DNA from: Salisapilia sapeloensis CBS 127946
Taxonomy: Eukaryota; Protista; Oomycota
Reading direction: 5' to 3'
Length of the DNA stretch: 54,021 nt
Assembly: GCA_023334545.1 (NCBI GenBank)
Contig: JAADVB010000117.1
Span: 1 to 54,021, forward strand
The notes beneath the pieces were generated by a model. It saw only the letters and a list, made by a program, of their open reading frames with translations, did no database searches and was not told the DNA's origin. Positions 32,318 through 44,249 of the stretch are shown here, one piece after another. Position numbers and translations under genes: made by a program. How positions within the stretch are numbered: position 1 is the stretch's first letter; every line of letters begins with the position of its first letter.

Positions 32318-35300
32318 ATGGCGAGGAGAGATGAACGGCGGAATCCGCTCGTGAAGCAACTTGTGCTGGAGAATGCTCGTCCGGCAAAGATCAGCCACCT
32401 GGGCTTTGGTCTGATGGACGACGTCGAGATGATGCGCTCTGCGAATGTCCGCATCCACTCCAAGTACGTTTTCAATGGACTTTTATAGCTCTCGTCAAAG
32501 CTTACTCCTTGCGTAGAGATCTGTTCCAAATGCCATCTCGAGATCCTGCCAAGGATGGAGTGCTGGACAAACGACTCGGTGTCTCGAGCAAGACGGACGT
32601 TTGTGAGGTATATTGAATGCGGATGATTGGTAGTGGCATGGCATTGACACAAGACACTCGAATAGACTTGTAACCAGAAGCTGGCGGATTGTGTCGGACA
32701 CTTCGGCTATATAAAGGTACTTCTGGCTTTGATAAGACTTGCTATTGGGTACAAACGTCCTAATTACGAATATCTTAGCTGGAGCTGCCTGTCTTCCACA
32801 TTGGCTACTTTAAGATGATTCTCGAGATCCTCCAAAACATTTGCAAGAACTGTTCTCGAGTTCTCTTGTCTCCACAAGACCGAGAGACGTACTTGCGTAG
32901 AATGCGCGACCCAAAGTCCGACGCTTTGAGGCGACAGGGACTTCGAAAGCGTATCTCGGCCATGTGCAAAAAGGTCGTCCAGTGTCCTTACTGTCAAGAG
33001 CCCAACGGCACAGTCCGAAAGATCACTAGTACGACTTTGAAGCTAGTGCATGAAAAGTTCCGGTCGAAGCAAGCGCAGGACCTGCACGAGGTGTTCATGG
33101 CCCAGTTCCAAGAGGCGCAGTCTGTCCATCCGGAGATTAAGCCTCACTTGCCGAAAGCTCAGGAAGACCTCAGTCCACTAAAGGTGCAGCAGCTCTTCCA
33201 GCAGATCCCAGACCAGGATTGCGACCTCTTATGGTCCGACTCCGACGCTGGCCGACCGGAGAAGCTGCTTTTGAACTCTGTTCTCGTTCCTCCAGTGTGC
33301 ATCCGGCCGTCTGTTGCGATGGACACTGGTGCTGGAAGTAACGAAGACGACTTGACCGTGAAGCTGCAGGAGATTATCCAGGTGAACGCTGCGTTGCGAG
33401 CAGCTCTGCTCAAGGGAGCGAGCTTGAAAATGGTCATGGAGGACTGGGACTTTTTGCAGATTCAAGTGGCGCAGCTGATGAACGGAGACACGCCTGGTCT
33501 GGTCAAGCCGCCAGGAACCAAGACCAGCATCCGAGGTCTGTGCCAGCGACTCAAGGGTAAGCAAGGTCGGTTCCGAGGTAACTTGTCTGGAAAGCGTGTG
33601 GACTTCTCCGGTCGAACAGTCATTTCGCCTGATCCGAATCTTCGGATCGACCAAGTGGGTGTCCCGATCCACGTCGCTCTGACCATGACGTATCCAGAAA
33701 AGGTGACGCGGTACAATTTGGCCAAGCTCCAAAAATGCGTCGAGAACGGTCCGAAGCAACACCCTGGCGCCAACATCGTTCGGGTGGAAGGAGATAAGTT
33801 CACAAAGAACCTAGCGTACGGTGACAGGAAGAAGCAGGCCAAGCAGCTCAAGATCGGAGACATTGTCGAGCGCCACTTGGAGGACGACGACATTGTGCTG
33901 TTCAACCGACAGCCTTCCCTCCACAAGATGTCGATCATGGCCCATCGCGTCAAGGTGGTGCCGTGGCGGACGTTCCGATTCAACGAGTGCGTCTGCTCTC
34001 CGTACAACGCAGACTTTGACGGAGACGAGATGAATTTGCATCTCCCGCAGACGGAGGAAGCACGTGCAGAAGCCATCCAGCTCATGGGGGTCGAGCAGAA
34101 TCTAATTACGCCTCGGAACGGAGAGCCTCTTGTCGCTGCGACGCAGGACTTTTTAACTGCCAGCTACTTGCTGACGCAGAAGAACCAGTTTTTCAATCGA
34201 GAACAGTTCTGTCAGCTACTTGCCTTGCTTAGCGACGGAGACGAGCACTTTGACCTGCCGTTCCCAGCGATTCTGAAGCCGATGAAGCTTTGGACTGGAA
34301 AGCAGGTGATGAGTCTGCTCATTAAGCCCAACAGCAAGTGCTCTGTTCTGGCCAATCTCGAACTCAAGGAACGTAACTACACGGACAACAAGTACATGTG
34401 CCATAAGGACGGATACGTCTGCTTCCGGAACAGTGAGCTCGTGTGTGGAAACTTGGCGAAGAAGACGTTGGGAGACGGAAGTAAGAAAGGTCTCTTCTAC
34501 GTCCTCATTCGAGACCACGGACATGAAGAGGCTGCGAGGTGCATGAACCGGCTGGCAAAGCTCTGCTCCAGATGGCTGGGCGACTACAAGGGTTTCTCTA
34601 TCGGTATCGACGACGTCATGCCGTCGCAGGACCTCGTGGACGAGAAGATGCAGTTACTCCAGAAGGGATACGACGCAGCCAACGAGTCCATTGAGGCTTA
34701 TAGGAAGGGAAAGCTGGCGCTCAAGCCTGGCTGTAATGCGCTTCAGTCGCTCGAGAGCGAGTTGAACGGTCTGCTCGGTAAGCTTCGTGAGACGGCCGGT
34801 GCGGCATGCATGCAGTCGCTTCCGTTCCACAACAACCCTCGCATCATGGCCGAGTGCGGGTCCAAGGGTTCTGCTTTGAACATTTCGCAGATGGTTGCGT
34901 GTGTCGGGCAGCAGAGTGTTGGCGGATCGCGTGTCGCCGAAGGGTTTGTCAACCGGACGCTTCCGCATTTCCTACCGCATGCTCTCCACCCTGCTGCCAA
35001 GGGATTCGTCGCCAACTCCTTTTACAGCGGTTTAACAGCGACAGAGTTCTTCTTCCATACGATGGGCGGTCGAGAAGGTCTAGTCGACACGGCCGTTAAG
35101 ACCGCCGAGACGGGGTATATGGCTCGACGACTGATGAAGGCGCTGGAGGATCTGAGCTGTCAGTACGACCGGACGGTCCGCAACTCAGAAGGCACGGTCG
35201 TCCAGTTCACATACGGAGACGACGGTCTGAATCCTGCATTCATGGAGGGAGACGACCGGCCGGTGGACTTTGATCGACTGCTGCAGCACGTGCAGCACAT

Positions 35301-36963
35301 TCTTCCGGACCACGAGTCTCCTGCTCTCATGCCCAAGGAGCTTCGTGATCTTGCCAAGGACGTGGTCCAGCGAAAGGAGTTTAGTAAGATCCTCCCGACC
35401 GGACGCAAGTTCCTGGCCGAAGTCGAGTCCTACTTCGGTGCGTTTGCGTCTCAAATGGCCAAGGTGCGGCAGGACGTCGGCATCGAACGATTGGATGCTC
35501 AAGTCAGTACGTACGCTGATGTGTTAGAGCAGGAGTTTGACGCGGAGGTCGAAGGCGTTGAAGTCAAGCCTCGTGTCAAGGAGGACGACAAGATGGACGT
35601 CGTGAGCGATGAACTAGAGGAGCTCAAGGAAAGAGGGCTGCACAAGGTCGGCACCAAGCAGTACGATGCGGAAAGGTTCCCATCATCTAGTAAGAGCATG
35701 GAGTGGAGAAAGAACGCCAAGGTCGCTGGCAGTAGCGAAAAGGAAGAGGAGGCGTGGCTCGTGGCGCATCATGTTTGCCGAGTGACGAAGAAGCAGGTGG
35801 AGAAGCTAGCCGAGATGGCTCTGCACAAGTATTATCGAGCACGCATGGAGAGCGGAGAGGCCGTGGGAGCCATTGGCGCCCAGAGTATCTCGGAGCCTGG
35901 TACGCAGATGACGCTCAAGACGTTCCACTTTGCCGGTGTCGCCAGTATGAACGTGACACTCGGTGTCCCTCGTCTCAAGGAGATCATCAACGCCAGTAAG
36001 AAGATCAGTACGCCCATCATCACCGCAGCGCTTGTGAGCAAGAGCGACGAGCGGTCGGCGCGTATCGTCAAGGGACGCATCGAGAAGACCACGCTTGGCG
36101 AGATTGCCGTCCACATCAAGGAAGTCGTGGCGAAAGACCAGGCCTACTTGTCTGTGAAACTGGACCTCCACGCCATCGACCAGCTGCATCTGAACGTGAC
36201 TGCCAAGTCGGTCCGACATAGTCTTCTTCACCCGCTCATGGCGCCTGCTACCGGCGGAGCTCTCAAACTGCTGAAAGAGCAGCACGTGTTGCTTAACGCC
36301 AGATGCCCGGACAAACTACGGATCCTGGCGCCTCCCAACTACAGAGGGTCCAAGGGAGAGAGCCGAGGAGCGTACTTTTGTCTGCAGTCACTCAAGCAAG
36401 AGCTCCCGGGCGTCATCGTCCAGGGCATTGCCAGTGTCAACCGTGCTGTCATCAACTACGAGGAAGGCAAGGAGAAGTCGCACCACTTACTTGTGGAAGG
36501 CTACGGTCTCTTGGACGTCATGGGCATCCCTGGCGTCGACGGTCTGCACACCAAGTCGAACCACATCATCGAGGTGGAGCATACGCTCGGTATTGAGGCT
36601 GCGAGAGAACTAATCTCGGCAGAAGTCAGCTACATCATGCAGGCGTACGGTATCGGTATCGACCGTCGACACTTGATGCTACTGTCGGACGTGATGACGT
36701 TTAAGGGCGAGGTGCTCGGCATTACGCGCTTCGGTATCGCCAAGATGAAGGAGAGTGTGCTTATGCTGGCGTCGTTCGAAAAGACGACGGACCATCTCTT
36801 CGACGCCGCTGCACACGCGAGAACAGACACTATCAACGGCGTGAGCGAGTGCATCATCATGGGCGTGCCCATCGGCATCGGCACGGGCATGTTCCAGCTG
36901 ATGCGGCAGGTGGACAAGCCTCGCGTGCACAGCCGGAAGCCACTACTCGGGTACCAGATTTAG
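32318..36963 (+). CDS. RPC1: DNA-directed RNA polymerase III largest subunit; three short 5' exons plus one long exon
   Basis: Catalytic YNADFDGDEMN, GRFRGNLSGKRVDFSGRTVISPDP, GLVDTAVKTAETGYM, EPGTQMTLKTFHFAG and C-terminal LASFEKTTDHLFDAA (Pol III type, no CTD heptads). Upstream exons give [30 protein letters not shown]. Confidence 0.97.
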
Positions 36964-37021
36964 GTTACGAATGAAAAGCTTGTTGGTTTTACGTAAAACA
37001 CGAATCCTTCCTATGTACTCT

Positions 37022-38227
37022 TTAGACTTGACTGACGGGAGGCGTGTAGTCCGAGTGGGCGTTCCCAAACTTCTTCTGGGCCTTGGCAGCTTTCTTCCGC
37101 TCGTGCTTCTTGTCCGTGTAGTTCATCACGAGAGCAAAGATGATCGCACTGAGGCCGTAGAGCGCTAGGCAGGAGCCGCTGGCAATCCAGATCGCAGACG
37201 TCTCGGAAGGACCAAAGTCCGTGTACCGAGGCAGCAGCAACGCCAGTGCGATGCCAATGGCGCTTTCGATGAACCTCCAGGCGTGCACGACGACGAGTTT
37301 GGAGCTGCCGAGGGTCTTGGACGCCTTCCCTTTTCTCCACGTGACGTGACTCGCATCGACGATAAAGAAGACGAAGAACGGGAAGAGGATTAGGCTTCGG
37401 AAGAGCTGTTTCATGATGGAAGAGCGGTCTGGATGAGCCAAGCGAAGTGTGACCGTGGACACCATGGACGTGATGAAGATGACGATGCTGTAGACGATAA
37501 TGGTGTAACCCGTGGTCATCGCTACGAGCAACACAGCTCCTAGTCGGAAGGCGAACTGGCCCAAGACGAAGAAGGTGCTGACGATGCCAATGAACTTTTT
37601 GTCTTTCTTGCACAAGTACAAGGTGATGCCTCGGATCAGCGTCACGGACGTCGAGACGACTGCCCACAAGTCCAACAGTTGCCACTTGCGGTAATGGATA
37701 GTGGCGTTCGCCTGCAAGATGAAGATCGGAGCATCTCGCATGACGGCCTGGAGGAAGTTGACGTACTCGAGCTGACGTTGAGCCGCCTTGGCCGTGTGCC
37801 TAGGACTGGAATCGGCATTTTGCTCGTACTCATTACTGATGATCGGCAATGGATCCTTATCCGATGAACTGGACGAGCTGGATGAGCTAGAGCTGCTACG
37901 ACGATTTAGTTGCTCCTTCTTATGCTTGCGCTTCGCGACGACAGTGACCAGTGTCTCCGATAGAACTCGAAATTGGAAAAGCCCGATGAAGAAGGAGAAG
38001 AAGCCGTTTAAAAAGGAGGATACGAAGAACGTATTGCGTCGCGACTTGTAGTCGAGGTAGACACCGATAAACCCCAGCAAGACGCCATTAAAGACGAGAA
38101 ATATGATGGATAGAATGTACTCGTCAATCCAGTCACGCTGGATATACTCGTAGTTGAGCACAATGTCCGTCGTCGCTGTGCTCGCTTCATACACCGCTCC
38201 AAGCACTTGCACAACCTCCGAAATCAT
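37022..38227 (-). CDS. Multi-pass membrane protein, XK/CED-8-related-like, paralog 1
   Basis: ORF from MISEVVQV with about 8-10 TM segments. FLQAVMRDAPIFILQAN resembles the XK-family ExxxExxPQxxLQ motif. Clear paralogy with 43080..44249. Confidence 0.7.
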   Translation of the reverse strand: MISEVVQVLGAVYEASTATTDIVLNYEYIQRDWIDEYILSIIFLVFNGVLLGFIGVYLDYKSRRNTFFVSSFLNGFFSFFIGLFQFRVLSETLVTVVAKRKHKKEQLNRRSSSSSSSSSSSSDKDPLPIISNEYEQNADSSPRHTAKAAQRQLEYVNFLQAVMRDAPIFILQANATIHYRKWQLLDLWAVVSTSVTLIRGITLYLCKKDKKFIGIVSTFFVLGQFAFRLGAVLLVAMTTGYTIIVYSIVIFITSMVSTVTLRLAHPDRSSIMKQLFRSLILFPFFVFFIVDASHVTWRKGKASKTLGSSKLVVVHAWRFIESAIGIALALLLPRYTDFGPSETSAIWIASGSCLALYGLSAIIFALVMNYTDKKHERKKAAKAQKKFGNAHSDYTPPVSQV

Positions 38228-39213
38228 GGTCTTCCAGTCCAGACGAAAATGGAAAATGCGTCCAGGGGCTGGAGGTTTCAAAGTGGATTCTGCTCTCGAC
38301 TTATACAAACTTCAAGACTAATATGGGTTCAGAATCGTTTGGACGAGCGATCGAGCGCGAAAGTACGAGTAACACGTGGTAATGCTGACGTTTGATTAAA
38401 GGCACTAGTCTCCGATAGGCGAGGCGCGAGTGTCTGCTTGTCTGCGTATTTATCTGCGGACTACGACTGCACTGATAAAGCATGGGGCATGGAGCGCGTT
38501 CTGGAATTGATGTGCGTGCGCAAGATTGGCACAGTGGGATGGGCTGACGACATGTAGCCATGATCGACCATCAGCGACCAATGCTTACAGGTATGCTGGG
38601 TGAACGCTCCTCGTAAGCAGACGCACTTTCTGTGTGTAGATCTCAAGTAGCAAGACGAGTGCTGCGGCGGTTAAACCGCTAGCGCATGTTCATCCTCCGT
38701 GCCATTCGAAGTGGGTGCAACGACTGTAGAGAGCACAGAGGATTTTTGGATTCCCTGAGATTAACCGTTTTTTTCGGGATGGCAAATGTGCATTGCAAAG
38801 TGGCAGTTTATGATTAGCTGAGCGTATCCGCCCGTCACAGGCGTCAGGTACAGCGACGAGCCGATGTCGAGGATGAGCAGTCTTCACACAGAATCACTTA
38901 ACATTCCTTGGTAGCGACTCTTCTTTGATCATGAATGTTAACATCGTCCAGATATATATTTGCCGAGAATAGCATCATGGTCATCGGCGCCTAGTTTCAA
39001 GATGAATGCGTTCTCTTGACGTTTTACAAATGTACGAAGGTCGGTCAAGTCGTTTGATGGCTCACAGCTCCACTTGACAAGGTTGTCACTCGTGACTGGT
39101 CTATTGGTGTCAATGTCATAGAGCTCTGCGCCATCAATGGTAAACTTCTTTCTTGCCGTGCAAGCATCTCTCGATATCGTTCTTGAAGCCTCGAGCAGAT
39201 TAGAAGACGCTAA

Positions 39214-40052
39214 ATGCGGCCTCCAAGCATTTATGTCAGAAATGTCGCTGATGCTTTGGTGGTCAGGTCGTTTGCCGAGTACATCGCCATCGATACGTAC
39301 AGTGCAAGCGCCCCAAGCATATTTCCTGTGCTCGATTTTACATGTCGAGTGCGTTGGGTCAAGTTGGGGCCCCTTGGTCGGATGGTAAGTTCCCGTAACT
39401 GCTACTGTGGGTGCTATCAGCCACTTGATCGAGTAGCCTTCTCGGGTTGGCTGAATGTCATGACATTGTCACGTACAGATCGAACAAGAAGATTTTACAA
39501 AAGAACTGGATGGGAGCAACCGATTGAGTACAGCAGATAAGATCTCAGATAGGTGGAAAGAAGTGGATGGAGTCGGTTGTATCTTTCAAGTCAGTTGCTA
39601 TTATCAAGCTCCATGCCACCGTGAAGAACGTAGCGACCTCTGGGCAAGTACTCTTCTTTACTTGCAACTCAGTTGATATAGGAGGCTAAGGTACGCTTGG
39701 TGTGAGTGTGCTTGCGCTAGATTCGTGTTAAATGTGATAATTAGGGAGTGTACACCTCTGGCTACCTTAAAGCATATCGAATGTGAAACGCAAGACCGAA
39801 TATAGTTTAAATCTAGCAGAGTCTTCTTTAGAAGCGCAAACTGTGATCAAAAAAGCACAAAAAGAACTGGAGAGATTGGAAAGCAATTTCAACACTATCC
39901 GTCGCATCCACAAGAAGCGTATTGACAATGTCTGCGAGAGCTTTTTAAAGATAGAACGGATACATTCAGACACTTGCATAACTTTTTCAACGCGTACTAT
40001 TTTTGCGTCTACATTACAAAAATATCTTTGTTGGATGATTCAAGGTGTGTAG
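39214..40052 (+). CDS. Probable multi-exon gene fragments, model unresolved, including a coiled-coil exon
   Basis: A GTAAGT donor at about 39385 and an ACAG acceptor at about 39478 join ...PLGRM to IEQEDFTKEL in frame. ORF 39783..40052 is coiled-coil-like. A complete model could not be threaded. Confidence 0.3.
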
Positions 40053-40786
40053 ATGACCTTACAAGGTGCTTGTGTATGTTTCTTTCGCATTACAACATGC
40101 GGGTACTTGTAGAACCCTGCATCAGAGCTGCCGATACAAGTCGTCATCTCTCCTTGTCTATGCTTCTATCGCCGACAAAATCGAAGCGTCATGGCGCCTT
40201 TCTACCATCTCATATAAACCTTGCGTTCTGCTGACGGAATTGCGTTTCCCGTCGGCCTGAGGCGAACTTCAAGTCGTCGATTGCGCATCCTGACGTCGAA
40301 GGCTCCGGAAGCGCGTTGGGGACCTGAGAAAGCCCTCCATCTGCGAAGCGTAATGCCAGTTTCATTCTCCTGGCCTTGAATTCCTTGTGGCTATTACGGT
40401 CGCGTCGAAAAGCTTCCTAAACCACCTTCCCACACCCCTGTACCAATGCGCTTCAGAAACATGCGCACGACGACGTGACTGACTTGACTTTTGTATGATC
40501 GGCCGCAGTTTCGTCTGCACCCTTCAAAATTGTGTAAGGGCACCAAACAAGTAGTCCAGAGCTCCCGCCATTCTCCCTTTTTCGTCCAGCTGCGCTCCGT
40601 TCCGTCGATGGTCTTCGTAGATACGTCTGCTTAGCTTCTTTCGACACTCGAATCGGTGCTCTACACGGGTCTTTCAGCGACAAGACCACACGCGCTCGAA
40701 CTCTGTACATGAAAACGACCGCGATCCTGCAGTGGCAGCGTCTCAAAGCCTGGAGTCTCGTCCATCCATCCTTGCCAATCAACACC

Positions 40787-41965
40787 ATGAACGACTGGGA
40801 CCTCGTCTACCCCGCCATCCAACCGACAAAGTCCGCCTCGACCACCTCTCTCTCCAGCTCTGCCTGCACGTCTCTGTGTGAAGATGACGACATGCGCAGG
40901 AGCAAGAACCCGGTCGTCTTTGACCTACTCAAGGTCATTGGCGCCGGGTCCTTCGGAACCGTCCTCCTCAGCTGTCTCCGGAACGACCCAACTAAACTCT
41001 TTGCCGTCAAAGTCGTGCCCAAGCGCAAGCTGCGAGAAGCCCACTGGGAGCTCGACTTGCGCCGTCTCGACACGGAGAAAAAGGTCATGGCGATCGTCGA
41101 CCATCCCTTCATCACATCCCTCTACTGCGCCTTTGAGACGCGAGAGAGCCTCAACTTTGTTATGGAGTTCTGTCCTGGTGGAGACCTCTACTTCCTCCTC
41201 GACAAGTTCCAGAACAATCGACTGCCGGAGAAACCCCACGTGGCTTTCTACGGCGCATGCATGGTGCTTGCCTTGGATCACCTGCACTCGATGAACATTG
41301 CCTACCGAGACCTCAAGCCCGAGAACCTATTCATCGGCGCCGACGGTTTCCTTCGTCTGGGAGACTTTGGCTTTGCTCGTCCAGAAGTCGAAAACGACAG
41401 CACCTGCACCAGCTTCTGTGGGTCGGAAGACTACATTGCTCCGGAAGTGATTGCTGGGAAGGGGTACGGACTGGCGGCCGACCTCTGGAGTCTTGGCTGC
41501 GTCCTCTATGAACTGATGACCGGCTTCCCGCCGTTTTACACGAACCAGAGTCGCGAGGCAGGCAACCTCTTCTCGCGCATCCGACTGCAGCAAGTCAATT
41601 ACCCTGCCTACCTCTCGAAGCAAGCCAAGAGTTTGCTCAAGGGGCTGCTGGCGAAGGACCCGGCGGACAGACTTGGCAGCCGGAGCATGCAGGACGTGCT
41701 GGACCACCCGTTCTTTGAAGACATCAATTGGAACCAGCTCATGGCCAAAGAGGCGACGCCCCCCTTTATCCCGAAAATGAAACACGACCGCGATACGCGC
41801 CACTTTGAGCAGCAGTTCACGCAGCAGCAGGTGCTCGGTCGGACACTGTCGTTTCACCTCGACCGAACGGACAGCGACAGCGATAGCGAGAACTCGTTCA
41901 CGAACGAAGACACGCGCTGCTTTGAGGACTTTGACTGGTGCGCCGAGGATGCGCAGCTACGATAG
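40787..41965 (+). CDS. AGC-family Ser/Thr protein kinase (S6K/SGK/Akt-like), single exon
   Basis: GAGSFG, FAVK, YRDLKPEN, DFG, APE, AGC C-tail PPFIP and hydrophobic motif FEDFDW. ATG 40787 (MNDWD) is preferred over 40709. Confidence 0.92.
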   Translation: MNDWDLVYPAIQPTKSASTTSLSSSACTSLCEDDDMRRSKNPVVFDLLKVIGAGSFGTVLLSCLRNDPTKLFAVKVVPKRKLREAHWELDLRRLDTEKKVMAIVDHPFITSLYCAFETRESLNFVMEFCPGGDLYFLLDKFQNNRLPEKPHVAFYGACMVLALDHLHSMNIAYRDLKPENLFIGADGFLRLGDFGFARPEVENDSTCTSFCGSEDYIAPEVIAGKGYGLAADLWSLGCVLYELMTGFPPFYTNQSREAGNLFSRIRLQQVNYPAYLSKQAKSLLKGLLAKDPADRLGSRSMQDVLDHPFFEDINWNQLMAKEATPPFIPKMKHDRDTRHFEQQFTQQQVLGRTLSFHLDRTDSDSDSENSFTNEDTRCFEDFDWCAEDAQLR

Positions 41966-42178
41966 ACAGGAGACTTTAAATTAAATCCAAGCGTGCTGTC
42001 CACATTGTGTACCTATGCTTGTTGGTCGACTCTTCTCGTATGTGACTCTACTATCGATGGCTCAAGGGAGGGAAGGACGATAGGCTGCAGATGGCTGCAT
42101 CGTGGACGGCATCGTAGAGGAGAGTGGCGTCTGTCGATCGAATCGAAGATAAGAGTGCTGCCGACCTTTGTACCAGAT

Positions 42179-43031
42179 CTAAGTTTGGCTTTCAGATATT
42201 ACCGCTTGGTGAGGTAGTCTGTTGCCCCCCAGTCGCCTTAATTTTCTTTTGAAGGCTACCGAGGGCCCGCACCCGGAACACCGCACAATCTTCAGGATGC
42301 GACTCAGCCCACCAGACATCAGACATCACTTTGAAACAATCTTTGATAAACCTCTCCTGACTGGACTAGTCGACCTTTTCTCGACTGTTCGATCCAGCCA
42401 ACGTTAACGTCAAGGTGGAAGTTTCTCATCGACCTTGGAACTCTAGGTTAACCTTCACCAGATTTGGAAGAAGTGATTCGTCTTGAATCCAGTCACGAAC
42501 TCTTGTTGAAGTAGCAGCAGTCAAGTAGGAGTGACGATCGTGCCACATGCGCCACGATACAAGAGGAAGATGTTTTGCGAAATGAGCCATTTTATTTATC
42601 CTTGGACATGTCGCTGCCATAATTTGCTTCGTAGAGGTTGTATCGTCGGACTGCACCCACAATACAAATCTCATCCTACCAAGTGAGTAAGACGGGGATG
42701 CAGTGTCCGTAGCTGTACAAATGAATATCTGGGAATGGATTAAAAGCGCATCCAAAGATTCGAAATGACAATGATAGCACTAAATACTCCATTCGATCGT
42801 ACTGATGTGCATTTCTTCCAGTCTTGCGATTTGATCGCTGCCAAGGACAACCGCAGTACCTCGACCGAGTTAATACACCAAATTGGTCCATTAAAACAGC
42901 GTTATTTATGCCAACAAGCATCGTTTTATATTCGAGACGCATTCGAGTTGAAGTAAATCCCCAGGAGTCGCAGATGCAATGAGTGGCGAGTTTCTTTCCA
43001 AAGCACAGAAAATGTGTCGCTGGCTCTCCAT
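42179..43031 (-). CDS. Possible small multi-exon gene, unknown function
   Basis: Protein-like open segments (MESQRHIF..., GTAVVLGSDQIARLEEMHI, RFVLWVQSDD...QDESLLPNL, SSQERFIKDCFKVMSDVWWAES...) are flanked by plausible GT/AG sites. Junctions are not verified. Confidence 0.3.
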
Positions 43032-43079
43032 GGAGTGCAGCAATGCTATTCAGTAGGTAATTCGAAGAAATAAAGCTGC

Positions 43080-44249
43080 ATGGTACGCGCGGCGGAGATA
43101 TTCATGCTGCTCGCAGCAGTGTATGAGCTGTCGACGGTATTGTCGGATGCGATTCTAAACTTTGAGTACGTCCAACGTAACTGGGTGGAAGAGTATATTC
43201 TGTCACTGGTGGTACTCGTGCTCAATGGTGTGGTGATGGGGGTTATTGGTATGCGTTTGGAGGCGAAGCATAGCAAAAATCGGTACTGTGCCAACAATAC
43301 TATCAACGAAGCAATTGCGTTCATCCTCGGTCTGTTCCAATTACGAGTGCTGGTGGAGACATACTTTAGTATATGTGAACGTCAATGTCAAGAGCGCAAT
43401 GAGCCCCATTCCAATGAACAGGGTCTGAGAATACCAGACCGAGGCGAAGTTCGAAACGCAGATATACAAGAAAGCGGTCGTTTCAGCCAAGATCTGCAAT
43501 TTGTCACATTCGCGCAGGCTGTAGTGCGAGATATCCCGTTATTTCTTATTCAGGCAAATGCGACTATTCATTACCGCATGCTCGCGTTCCTGGATCTGTG
43601 GGCCGTCTGCTCCTCTGGACTCTCCTTGTTGCATGGTATCGCCAAATACCTCACGAGATTCGATCCGAAGCTAGGCATTCGTCTTGCTGGTAGCATGTGG
43701 CTGTTTGGTCAGTTTGTGTTCCGGTTTGCTGCGATCCTGACGATTGCCCTGACGCTAGGAAGTTACATGATCTACTACTTTACCTTGACTTCGATCATTT
43801 CTATCCTTACGAATTGGGTGCTAGGAATGACGCACTCTACATCTTCCAAAGTGAAATCGCTAGAGTATGCTGTGCTTTACTTTCCATTCTACTACATCTT
43901 CTGCGTGAATGGTGCCAATGTGCATGGCAAAGAAGGCAGTACAATGGATGTGTTGCATAGCCGGAGAGTACATGCTGTCAGTGGATGGCGCTTTCTGGAG
44001 AACGCAGCAGCCATAGCTATCGCAGTCATCGTGAAGTGCGACGAAGAGTTTGGAAACGTAGATAAGACGGTGGTGCTGTCCGTGGGAATCATCTGTGCGA
44101 CGATCTACGTGGTAACTTGGATGTGGTTTGCAGCCGTGGCTGTTGCTTATACGATACAGAAAGCCCATTGGGAAGTTCACCAGATGCACAGCAACATGGT
44201 GAGGGAGTCGAGAACGAAGGAGGTGCCCGTGGAAGGGTATTTGGTGTAG
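43080..44249 (+). CDS. Multi-pass membrane protein, XK/CED-8-related-like, paralog 2
   Basis: 389-aa ORF sharing QRNWVEEYILS, FAQAVVRDIPLFLIQANATIHYR, LDLWAV and GQFVFR with paralog 1 (QRDWIDEYILS, FLQAVMRDAPIFILQANATIHYR, LDLWAV, GQFAFR). Confidence 0.75.
   Translation: MVRAAEIFMLLAAVYELSTVLSDAILNFEYVQRNWVEEYILSLVVLVLNGVVMGVIGMRLEAKHSKNRYCANNTINEAIAFILGLFQLRVLVETYFSICERQCQERNEPHSNEQGLRIPDRGEVRNADIQESGRFSQDLQFVTFAQAVVRDIPLFLIQANATIHYRMLAFLDLWAVCSSGLSLLHGIAKYLTRFDPKLGIRLAGSMWLFGQFVFRFAAILTIALTLGSYMIYYFTLTSIISILTNWVLGMTHSTSSKVKSLEYAVLYFPFYYIFCVNGANVHGKEGSTMDVLHSRRVHAVSGWRFLENAAAIAIAVIVKCDEEFGNVDKTVVLSVGIICATIYVVTWMWFAAVAVAYTIQKAHWEVHQMHSNMVRESRTKEVPVEGYLV

Noticed and set aside
33159-36930. 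Many 60-200-aa ORFs overlapping RPC1 on both strands
   Set aside because: Shadow or alternate frames of a highly conserved, codon-biased gene.
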